A stretch of DNA of 64,000 bases, from NCBI RefSeq assembly GCF_009914755.1, contig NC_060945.1. One strand, given 5' to 3'. Origin of the DNA: the human T2T-CHM13v2.0 reference genome, Homo sapiens. The translations under genes and the position numbers were made by a program. The notes under the pieces are model-generated. The model saw only the letters and a program-made list of their open reading frames with translations. It had not been told where the DNA came from and searched no databases. Shown here piece by piece: positions 15,401 through 30,851 of the stretch. Positions within the stretch are counted from its first letter, which is position 1. Each line of letters opens with the position of its first letter.

Positions 15401-16597
15401 ATCTAGACAGAAGCAATCTGAGAAACTTATTTGTGATGTGTGAATTCATCTCACAGAGTTAAACATTTCTTTTGATTGTGCAGTTTTAAAACTCTCTTTT
15501 TGTAGTATCTGCAAGTGGACATTTGGAGAGCTTTGAGGCCTAAGGTGGAAAAGGAAATATCTTCACATAAAAACTTGACAGAAGAATTCTGAGAACCTTC
15601 TTTGTGATGTGTGTATTCATCTCACAGAGTTGAATATTTCTTTTGATTGGGCAGTTTGGAAACAATCTTTTTGTAGAATCTGCATGTGGACATTTGGAGC
15701 GATTTGAGGCCTATGGTAGAAAAGGAAATATCTTCACATAAAATCTAGACAGAAGCAATCTGAGAAACTTCTTTGTGATATGTGCATTCATTTCACAGAG
15801 TTAAACCTTTCTTTTGATTGAGCAGTTTTGAAACTCTATTTTTGTAGAATCTGCAAGTGTACCTTTTGAGCCCTTTGAGGCCTGTGGAGGAAAAGGAAAT
15901 ATCTTCACAGAAAAACTAGACAGAATAATTCTGAGAAACTTCTTTGTGATGCATGCAGTCATCTCACAGACTTGAACTTTTCTTTTGATTAAGCAGTTTG
16001 GAAACACTCTTTCTAGAATCTGCAAGTGGACATTTGGAGCGCTTTGCGGCCTGTGGTAGAAAAGGAAATATCTTCACAAAAAATCTCAACAGAAGTCGTC
16101 TGAGAAACACTCTTGTGATGTGTGCATTCATCTCACAGAGTTAATCCTTTCTTTTGACTGAGCATTTTTGAAATTCTCTTTTTGTAATATCTGCAAGTAG
16201 ACATTTGGAGCACTTTGAGGCCTATTGTGGAAAAGGAAATATCTTCACAGAAAAACTAGATAGAAGCATTCTGAGAAACTGCTTTGTGATGTTTACATTC
16301 ATTTCCCTGAGTTGAACCTTTGTTTTGATGGACCAGTTTTGAAATACTCTTTTGGTAGAATCTGCAAGTGGACATTTCCAGTGCCTGAGGCCTATGGTGG
16401 AAAATGAAATATCTTCACATAAAAATTAGACATAAGATTTCTGAGAAACTACTTTGTGATGTGTGCGTTCATCTCACAGAGTTGGATCTTTCTTTGATTG
16501 AGCTGCTTGGAAACACTCTTTTTGTAGAATCTGCAAGTGGACATTTGGAGTGTTTGTGGCCTATGCTAGAAAAGGAAATATATTCACATAAAATCTA
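3438..16597 (+). repeat. Monomeric/diverged alpha satellite, about 77 monomers of ~171 bp, forward orientation, older layer
   Basis: Recurrent ...TCTGAGAAACTTCTTTGTGATGTGTGCATTCATCTCACAGAGTT...GTAGAATCTGCAAGTGGACATTTGGAG...GGAAATATCTTCACATAAAA with a ~171-bp period. Monomers carry the A-type box (CTATGGTRGAAAAGGAA). No CENP-B box was seen. Neighbouring monomers are visibly diverged. Confidence 0.97.
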
Positions 16598-19500
16598 TGG
16601 ATGAATGCACACATCACAAAGAAGATTCTCAGATTGCTTTTGTCTAGATTTTATGTGAAGATATTTCCTTTTCTACCATAGGCCGCAAGGCGCTCCAAAT
16701 ATCCAAAAGTAGATTCTATAAAAAGAGTGTTTCCAAACTGCTCAATCAAAGAAAAGATTCAATTCTGTGAAATGAATGCACACATCACAAAGAAGTTTCT
16801 CAGAATTCTTCTGCCTATTTTTTATGTGATGATATTTCCTTTTCCACCATGTGCCCCAAAGCGCTCCAAATGTTCACTTGCAGATTCGACAAAAAGAGAG
16901 TTTCGAAACTCCTCAATCAAAAGAAATGTTTAACTCCTTGAGTTGAAGGAACACATCACAAAGATGTTTCTCAGATTGCTTCTGTATTGATTTTACGTGA
17001 AGATATTACCTTTTCTGCCATATGCAGCAAAGTACTCAAATGTCCGCTAGCAGAATCTATAAGAAGAGTGTTTCCAAACTGCTGTATCAAAAGATTCAAC
17101 TCGGTGAGATGAACTTACACATAACAAGGAAGTTTCTCAGAATTTTTCTGTCTAGTTTTTATGTGAAAATATTTCCTTTTCCACCATAGTCCTCAAAGCT
17201 CTTCAAATGTCCACTTGCATATTCTACAAAAAGAGAGTCTAAAAATTTCTCAATCAAAAGAAGTATTTAACACTGTGAGATGAATGTACACATCACAAAG
17301 AAGTTTCTCAGAATTCTTCTGTCTAGTATTTATGTGAAGATATTTCCTTTTCCACAATAGGCCTCAAAGCGCTGTAAATGTCCACTTGCAGATTCCACAA
17401 AAAGAGAGTTTCAAAACTATTCAAACAAAAGAAAGGTTTACCTCTGTGTTATGAATGCACACATCACAAAGAACTTTCTCAGATTGCTTCTGTCTAGATT
17501 TTATGTGAAGATACTTCCCTTTCTAACATGGCTGCAAGGTGCTCAAAATGTCCACTTGCATATTCTACAAAAAGACTGTTTCCAAACTGCTCAATCAAAA
17601 GAAAGGTTCAACTCTGTGAGGTAATGCACACATCACAAAGAGGTTTCTCAGAATTCTTCTGTGTAGTATTTATGTGAAGATATTTCCTTTTCCACAGTAG
17701 ATCTCAAAGCTCTGTAAATGTCCACTTGCAGATTCTACAAAAAGAGAGTTTCAAATCAAACTCTGTACAATCAAAAGGTTGTTCAATCAAAAGAAAAAAA
17801 GTTGTTCAATCAAAAGAAAGGTTTACCTCTGTGTTATGAATGCACACATCACAAAGAACTTTCCCAGATTGCTTCGGTCTAGATTTTATGTGAGGATATT
17901 TCCTTTTCTAACACGGGCCACAAGGTGCTCCAAATATCTACGTGCAGAGTCTACAAAAAGAGTGTTTCCAAACTGCTCAATCAAAAGAAAGGCTCTACTC
18001 TGTGAGGTAATGCACACATCGCAAAAAGTTTCTCAGAATTCTTCTGTCTAGTATTTATGTGAAGATATTCCCTTTTCCACAATAGGCCTCAAAGTGCTCT
18101 AAATGTCCACTTCCAGATTCTACAAAAGGAGAGTTTCAAAACTGCTTAGTCAAAAGAAGGGTTTAACTCTATGAGATGAATGCACACATCACAAGGAAGT
18201 TTCTCAGATTGCTTTTGTCTAGATTTTATGTGAAGATATTTCCTTTTCTACCATAGGTCACAAAGCGCTCCAAATGTCCAAAAGTAGATTCTATAAAAAG
18301 AGTGTTTCCAAAGTGCTCAAACAAAGATTCAACTCTGTCAATTGAATGCACACATCACAAAGATGTTTCTCAGAATTCTTCTGCCTAGTGTTTATGTGAA
18401 GATATTTCCTTTTCCACCATGGGCCCCAAAGCATTCCAAATGTCCACTTGCAGATTCTACAAAAAGAGTGTTTCCAAATTGCTGAATCAAAAGAAAGTTT
18501 CAACTCTGTGAGATGAACGCACACATCACAAAGAAGTTTCTCAGAATTCTTCTATCTTGTTTTCATGTAAAGGTATTTCTTTTCAGACCATAGGCCTCAA
18601 AGTGCTCCAAATGTCCACTTGCAGATTCTGCAAAAAGAGATTTTCAAAACTGCTCAATCTAAAGTAAGGTTTAACTCTGTGAGATGAATGTTCTCATCAC
18701 AAAGAAGTTTCTCAGATTGTTTCTGTCTAGATTTTATGTGAAGATATTTCCTTTTCTACCATAGGCTGCAAAGCGCTCCAAATCTCCACTTGCAGATCCT
18801 ACAAAATGAGTGTTTTCAAACTGCTCAATCAAAAGAAATGTTCAACTCTGTGAGATGAACACACACATCACAAAGAAGTTTCTCAGAATTCTTCTGTCTA
18901 GTGTTTATGTGTAGAAATTTCATTTTCCACCATAGGCGTCAAGGCGCTCTAAAAGTCCACATGCAGATTCTACAAAAAAGTATTTCCAAACAGGTCCATC
19001 AAAAGAAAGTTTCAACTCTGGGAGATGAATGCACACATCACTAAGAAGGTCTCAGAATGATTCTATGTAGTTTTTATGTGAAGACATTTCCTTTTCAACC
19101 ATAGGTCTCTAAGCTCTTCAAATTTCCCTTGCAGATTCTCCAAAAATAGTGTTTCACAACTGCTCAATCAAAAGAAAAGTTCAACTCTGTGAGATGAACG
19201 CACCCATCACAAAGTAGTTTCTCAGAATTCTTCTGTCTAGTTTTTATGTGAAGATATTTTCTTTTCCACCATAGGCGTCAAAGCGCTCCAGATGTCGAAT
19301 TGCAGATCCTACAAAAAGAGAGTTTAAAAACTGCTCAATCAAAAGAAAGGTTTAACTCTCTGAGATGCATGCACACATTACAATATAGTTTCTCAGGTTG
19401 CTTCTGTCTAGATTTCATGTGAAGATATTTCCTTTTTCTACCATAGGCTGCAAATCGCTCCAATTGTCCACTTGCAGATTCTAAAAATAGAGTGTTTACA

Positions 19501-22500
19501 AACTGCTTAATCAAAAGAAAGGTACAACTACGTGAGATGAACCCCCACATCACAAAGAAGTTTCTCAGAATTCTTCTGTCTAGATTTATGTGATGATATT
19601 AACTTTCCACCATAGGCATCAAAGTGCTCCAAAAGTTCACTTGCAGATTCTACAAAAAGAGTGTTTCAAAACTGCTCAATCAAAAGAAAAGTTTACCTCT
19701 GTGATATGAATGCCTACATCACCAAGAAGTTTCTCAGACTGCTTCTGTTTAGATTTTATATGAAGATATTTCCTTTTCTACCATAGGCCACAAAGTGCTC
19801 CCAATGTCCACCTGCAGATCCTACATAAAGAGTGTTTCCAAACTGCACCACCAAAAGAAAGGTTCAACTCTGTGAGATGAACGCATACATCACAAAGAAG
19901 TTTCTCTGAATTCTTCTGTCTAGTTTTTATGTGAAGATATTCCCTTTTCTACCATAGGCCTCAAGGTTCTCGAAATATCCACTTGCAGATTCTACAAAAA
20001 GAGTGTTTCAAAACTGCTCAATGAAAAGAAAGGTTCAATCCTGTGAGATGAATGCACACATCGCTAAGAAGTTTTTCAGAATTCTTCTGTCTAGTTTTTA
20101 TGTGAAGATATTTCCTTTTCCACCTTAGTCCTCAAAGCCCTCCAAATGTCCACTTGCAGATTCTACAAAAAGAGAGTTGCAAAACTGCTCAATCAAAAGA
20201 AAGATTTACCTCTGTGAGATTAATGCACACAACACAAAGAAGTTTCTCAGAAATCTTCTGTCTAGTTTTTATGTGAAGATATTTCCTTTTCTACCGCAGG
20301 CCGCAAAGTGCTCCAAATGTCCACTTGTAGATTCTACAAAAAGAGTGTTTCCAAACTACTCAATCAAAAGAAAGGTCCAACTCTGTGAGATAAATGCACA
20401 CATCAGAAAGTATTGTCTCAGAACTCTTCTTTCTAGTTTTTATGTAAAGATATTTCCTTTTCCACCATAGGCCTCAAAGCACTCCAAACGTCCACTTGCA
20501 GATTCTGCAAAAAGAGTTTCAAAACTGCTTAAACAAAAGAATGGTTAAACTCTGTGAGGTGAGTGCACATATCACAAAGAGGTTTCTCAGATTACTTCTG
20601 TCTAGATTTTATGTGAAGATATTTCCTTTTCTACCACAGGCCGCAAAGCGTTCCAAATGTGCACTAGCAGATTCTACAAAAAGAATGTTTCCAAGTTGCT
20701 CAACAAAAGAAAGCTTCAACTCTGTGAGATGAACGCCCACATCATGAAGAAGTTTCTAAGAATTCTTCTGTCTAGTTTTTATGTGGAGATATTTCCTTTC
20801 CCACTATAGGCCTCAAATCGTTCAAAATGTCCACTTGCAGATTCTACAAACAGAGAGTTTCAAAACACCTCAATCAAAAGAAAGGTTTAACTCTCTGAGA
20901 TGAATGCACACATCAGAAAGAAGTTTCTCAGATTTGTTCTGTCTAGATTTTATGTGAAGATATTTCCTTTTCTGCCATAGCCTGCAAATCGCTCCAAGTG
21001 TCTACATGCAGTTTTGAAAAAAAGAGTGTTTCCAAAATGCTCCATCAAAAGACACGTTCAACTCTGAGATGAACGCACACATCACAAAGAAGTTTCTCAG
21101 AATTCTTCTCTCTAGTTTTCATGTGAAGATGTTTCCTTTTCCACAATAGATCTCAAAACGCTCCAAATGTCCACATGCAGATTCTATAAAAAGACAGTTT
21201 CAAAACTAATCTATCAAAAGAAAAGGTTTAACTCTGTCAGATGAATGCACACATCACAAAGAAGATTTTCAGATTGCTTCTGTCTAGATTTTATGTGAAG
21301 ATATTTCCTTTTCTACCATAGGCCGCAAAGTGCTCCTAATGTCCACTTGCAGATCCTACAAAAAGAGTGTTTCCAAACTGCTCAATCAAAAGAAAGATTC
21401 AACTCTGTGAGATGAATGCACACATCACAAAGAAATTGCTCAGATTGCTTCTGTCTAGATTTTATGTGAAGATATTTCCTTTTCTACAATAGGCCACAAA
21501 GCGCACAAAATGTCCACTTGTGGATTCTCAAAAAAGTTTGTTTCCAAACTGCTCAGTCAAAAGAAAGGCTTACCTCTATGAAATGAATGCAGACATCACA
21601 AAGATATTTATCTGTATACATCTGCTTAGTTTTTATGTGAGGATATTTCCTTTTCCACCATAGGCCACAAAGCCCTCCAAATATCCACTTTCAGATTCTA
21701 CAAAAAGAGAATTTCAAAACTCCTCAATCAAAAGAAAGGTTTAGCTCTTTGAGGTGAATGCACACATCACAAAGAAGATTTTCAGGTTGCTTCTGTCAGA
21801 TTTTATGTGAAGATATTAAATTTTCTGCCATTGGCTGCAAATTGCTCCAAATATTCACTTACAAATTATACAAAAAGAGTGTTTCCATACTGCTAAATCA
21901 AAAGAAAGGTTCAACTCTGTGAGACGAATACACATATCACCAAGAAGTTTCTCAGAATTCTTCTGTCTAGTTTTTATGTGAAGATATTTCATTTTCCACC
22001 ACAGGCCTCAAGGCGCTTGAAATGTCCACTTGCAGATTCTAAACAAAGAATGTTTCAAAACTGGTCCATCAATGGAAAGGTTCGTCTCTGGGAGATGATT
22101 GTGCATATCACAAAAACTTTCTCAGAATGCTTCTATCTAGTTTTTATGTGAAGATATTTCCTTTTCCACTATTGGCGTCAAAGCGTCCCAAATGTCATCT
22201 TGCAGATTCAACAAAAGAGAGTTTCAGAACTGCTCAGACAAAAGAGAGAGTTACCTCTGTGAGATGAATGCACACATTACAAAGAAGTTCCTCAGATTGC
22301 TTCTGTCTAGATTTTATGTGAAGATATTTCCTTTTCTAACGTCGGCCGCAAAGTGCTACAAATGTCCTCTTGCAGATCCTTCAAAAAGAGAGTTCAAGAC
22401 TTCTCAATCAAAGGAAAGGTTTAACTCTGTGAGATGAATGCACACATCACAAATAAGTTTCTCAGATTGCTTCTTTCTAGATTTTATGTAAAGATATTTC

Positions 22501-23520
22501 CTTTTCTACTTTAGGCCGCAAAGCGTTCCAAATATCCACTTGCAGATTGTACAAAATAGTGTTTCCAAACTGCTCAATCAAAAGAAAGGTTCAACTCTGT
22601 GAGATGAAGCCACAAATCACAAAGAAGTTTCTCAGAATTCTTCTGTCTAGTTTTTATGTGAAGATATTTCCTTTTCCACCATAGGCCTTTAAGTGCTCCA
22701 AATGCTCACTTGCAGATTCTACAAAAGAGAGTTTCAAAATTGCTCTATCAAAAGAAATTTTTAACTCTGTGAGATGAATGCACACATTACAAAGAAGTTT
22801 CACAGATTGCTTCTGTATAGATTTTATGTGAGGATATTTCTTTTTCTACCATAAGCTAAAAAGTACTCCAAATGTCCACTTGCAGATTCAACAAAAAGAG
22901 TGTTTCCACACTGTTCAATCAAAAAAAGTTTCAACTCAGTGAGATGAATGCACACATCACAAAGAAGTTTCTCAGAATTCTCCTGTGTAGTTTTTAAGTG
23001 AAGATAATTTATATTCCACAAAAGGCCACAGGGCACTCCCATTTTCCACTTGCAGATACTACAAAAAGAGAGTTCCAAATCTGCTCCATCAAGAAAAGAT
23101 CAACTCTGTGAGATGAACGCACACATCACAAAGAAGTTTCTCAGATTGCTTCTTTCTAGATTTTATGTGAAGATATTTCCTTTTCCACCAAAGGCCACAA
23201 AGCGCTCCAAATGTCCACTTGCAGATTCTGCAAAAAGAGTGTTTCAAAACTGCTCTATCAAAAGAAAGATTTCACTCTGTGAGATGAATGCACACATCAC
23301 AAAGAAGTTTCTCAGATTGCTTGTGTCTAGATTTTATGTGAAGATATTTCCTTTTCTACCATAGGCCACAAGGCGCTCCAAATGTCCACTTGCACATTCT
23401 ACAAAAAGAGTGTTTCCAAACTGCTCAATCTAAAGAACGGTTCAACTCTTTGAGATGAACGCACACATCACAAACAGATTTCTCAGATAGTTTCTGTATA
23501 GATTTTATGTGAGAGTATTT
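16598..23520 (-). repeat. Monomeric alpha satellite of the same older layer, inverted orientation
   Basis: Reverse-complement monomers (GATGAATGCACACATCACAAAGAAGTTTCTCAGA...AAATGTCCACTTGCAGATTCTAC) begin at about 16598-16600. The right boundary is approximate. Confidence 0.93.
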
Positions 23521-26500
23521 CATTTTCTAACATAGGCCACAAAAAGCTCCAAATATCCACTTGCGGATTCTACAAAAAGAGAGTTTCAAAACTGCTCTAT
23601 CAAAAGATAGGTTAAAATCTGTGACTTGAATGCACATCTAACAATGAAGTTTCCCAGAAAGCTTCTGTGTAGTTTTTATCTGAAGATATTTCCTTTTCCA
23701 AAATAGACCACAAAGCTTTTCAAATATCCACTTTCAGATTCTACAAAAAGAGTGTTTCCAAATTACTCAGTCAATAGAAAGATTCAACCCTTTGTGATGA
23801 ATGCACTCATCACAAAAACGTTTCCCGGAATGATTCTGTGTTGTTTTTATTTGAAGATATTTCCTTTTCCACTGTAGGCCACAAAGGGCTCCAAATATCC
23901 ACCTACAGATGCTACAAAAAGAGAGATTCAAAACTGCTCAATCAAAAGATAGGTTCAACTCTGTGAGTTGAATGCACACATCACAAAGTGTTTTCTCAGA
24001 ATGCCTCTGTGTAGTTTTTATGTGAAGATATTTCCTTTTCCACAATAGGCCTCAAATCGCTCCAAATATCCAATTGCAGATTCTGCAAAAAGAGAGATTC
24101 TAAACTGCTCAATCAAAAGATAGGTTCAACTCTGTGAGTTGAATGCACACATCACAAGGAAGTTTCTCAGAATGCCTCTGTGTAGTTTTTATGTGAAGAT
24201 ATTTCCTTTTCCACTATAGGCCTCAAAGCACTCCAAATATCCACTTGCTGGTTCTGCAAAAAGAGAGATTCAAAACTGCTCAATCAAAAGATCGGTTTGA
24301 CTCTGTGAGTTGAATGCACACCTCACAAAAAAGTTTCTCAGAATGCTTCTGTGTAGTTTTATTTGAAGATATTTGCTTTTCCACAGTAGGTCTCAGAACG
24401 CTACAAATATCGACTTGCAGATTCTGCAAAAAGAGAGATTCAAAACTGCCCAATCAAAAGATAGGCTCAACTCTGTGTGTTGAATGCACACATAACACAG
24501 TAGTTTCTCAGAATAATTATGTGTAGTTTTTATGTTAAGATATATCCTTTTCCAAAATAGGCCTCAAAGCCCTCCAAATAGCTACTTCGAGATTCTACAA
24601 AAAGAGTGTTTCAAAACTGCTCAATCAAAAGAAACTTTGAACTCTTTGTGATCAATGCACTCATCACAAAGGAGTTCCTCTGAATGCTGCTGTGCAGTTT
24701 TTATTTGAAGATATTTCCTTTTCCCCCATGGGATGCAAGGGCTCCAAATATCCACTTTCAGATTCTACAAAAAGAGAGATTCAAAACTGCTCAATCATAA
24801 GATAGGTTCAAACTTGTGAGCTGAATGTATACATCATAAAGAAGTTTCCCAGAATTCTTCTGTGTAGTATTTATTTGAAGATATTTCCTTTTCCACAATA
24901 GGCCGCAAAGCACTCCAAATATCCACTTGCAGATTCTGCAAAAAGATTGAAAACTGCTCAATCAAAAGAAAGATTCGAGTCTGTGGGTTGAATGCACACC
25001 TCACAAAAAAGTTTCTCAGAATGCTTCTGTGTAGTTTTTATTTGAAGATATTTGCTTTTCCACAGTAGGCCTCAAAGTGCTACAAATATCCACTTGCAGA
25101 TTCTGCAAAAAGAGAGATTGAAAACTGCTCAATCAAAAGATAGGCTCAACTCTGTGTGTTGAATGCACACATAACAAAGGAGTTTCTCAGAATAATTCTG
25201 TGCAGTTTTTATGTTAAGATATATCCTTTCCCAAAATAGGCCTTAAAGCCCTCCAAATAGTTACTTTGAGTTTCTACAAAAAGAGTGTATCAAAACTGCT
25301 CAGTCAAAAGAAACTTTAAACTCTTTGTGATCAATGCAGTCATCACAAAGGCGTTTCTCTGAATGCTTCTGTGTAGTTTGTATTTGAAGATGTTTCCTTT
25401 TCAACCATAGGGTGCAAAGGGCTCCAAATATCCACTTGCATATTCTACAAAAAGAGAGATTGAAAACTGCTCAATCATAAGATAGGTTCAAACGTGTCAC
25501 CTGAATGCACACATCACAAAGAAGTTTCCCAGAATTCTTCCGTGTAGTTTTTATTTGAAGATATTTCCTTTTCCACAATAGGGCACAAAGGTCTCCAAAT
25601 ATTCACTAGCAGATTCTACAAAAGAGAGATTCCAAACGGCTCAATCAAAAGATAGATTCAACTCTGTGAGTTGAATGCACAAATAAAAAAGAAGTTTCTC
25701 AGAATGTCTATGTGTAATTTTTATGTGAAGATATTTTCTTTTCCAAAATTGGCCTCAAAGCCCTCCAAATATCCACTTCCAGATTCTACGAAAAGAGCGT
25801 TTCAAAACTGCTCAATCAAAGGAAACGTTCAACTCTGTGTGATGAATGCGCTCAACACAAAGAAGTTTCTCAGAATGCTTATGTGTAGTTTTTATTTGAA
25901 GATATTTCCTTTTCCAACACAGGGTGCAAAGAGCTCCAAATATCCACTTGCAGATTCTAGAAAAAGAGAGATTCAAAAGTGCTCAATGAAGAGAAAAGTT
26001 CAAATCCGTGAGGTGAATGCACACCTCACAAAGAAGTTTCTCAGAATGCTTCTGTGTAGTTTTTATGTGAAGATATTTCCTTTTCCAAAATAGGACTCAA
26101 AGCTCTCCAAATATCCACTTGCAGATTCTACAAATATAGTGTTTCAAAACTGCTCAATCAAAAGAAAGGTTCATCTCTGTGAAATGAATGCACACATCAA
26201 AAAGAAGTTTCTCAGAATGCTTCCGTGTAGTTTTTATGTGAAGATATTTCCTTTTCCACGGTAGGCCCCAATGTGCTCCAAATATACACTTGCATATTCT
26301 ACAAAAACAGCGTTTCTAAACTGCTCAATCATAAGACAGGTACAACCCAGTGAGGTGAATGCACACATCACGAAGAAGTGTCTCAGAAAGCTTCTGTGTA
26401 GTGTTTATGTGAAGATATTTCCTTTTCCACAATTGTCCTCAAAGTCCTAAAATATGCACTTGCAGATTCTGCAAAAAGAGTGTCTCAAAACTGTTCAGTC

Positions 26501-26747
26501 AAAGGAAAGGTTCAAATCTGTGTGATGAATGCACTCACAACAAAGAAGTTTTTCTGAATGCTTCTGTGTAGTATTTATTTGTTGATATTTCCTTTTCTAC
26601 AATAGGCCTCAAACCGCTCCAAACATTTACTTGCAGATTCCACAAAAAGAGTGTTTCAAAACTGCTCAATCATAAGTTAGGTTCAAACCTGTGATATGAA
26701 TGCACACATCACAAAGAAGTTTCTCAGAATGTTTCAGTGTAGTTTTT
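23521..26747 (-). repeat. Monomeric alpha satellite, second monomer class (distinct layer)
   Basis: Diagnostic words switch together: AAATATCCAC (was AAATGTCCAC), CTGTGTAGTTT (was CTGTCTAG), GAGTTGAATGC or GTGATGAATGC (was GAGATGAATGC), GAATGCTTC, AAAAGATAGG, GAGAGATTCAAAA. Confidence 0.9.
26735..26747. repeat. L1 target-site duplication, left copy (CAGTGTAGTTTTT)
   Basis: An identical 13-mer lies at 32774-32786. Removing the L1 and one copy restores the alpha monomer frame. The length is 12-13 bp depending on which side the C is assigned to. Confidence 0.92.
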
Positions 26748-26884
26748 TTTATTATTATTATACTTTAAGTTGTAGGGTACATGTGCACATTGTGCAGGTT
26801 AGTTACATATGTATACATGTGCCATGCTGGTGCGCTGCACCCACTAACTCGTCATCTAGCATTAGGTATATCTCCCAATGCTAT

Positions 26885-26906
26885 CCCTCCCCCCTCCCCC
26901 AACCCC
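26885..26906 (-). other. L1 3'UTR G-rich tract, canonical G-quadruplex-type motif
   Basis: The plus strand reads CCCTCCCCCCTCCCCCAACCCC, giving four G runs of 3 or more on the minus strand. This is a known conserved L1PA 3'UTR feature. Confidence 0.75.
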
Positions 26907-26961
26907 ACCACAGTCCCCAGAGTGTGATATTCCCCTTCTTGTGTCCATGTGATCTCATTGT

Positions 26962-30788
<3,827 letters not shown>

Positions 30789-30851
30789 TATGATGTTAGC
30801 TGGTGATTTTGCTCATTAGTTGATGCAGTTTCTTCCTAGTCTCGATGGTCT

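Noticed and set aside
4095-26093. Recurrent 60-140 aa ORFs (MNAHITKKFLR...)
   Set aside because: These are conceptual translations of alpha-satellite monomers, with stops and frameshifts at random positions.
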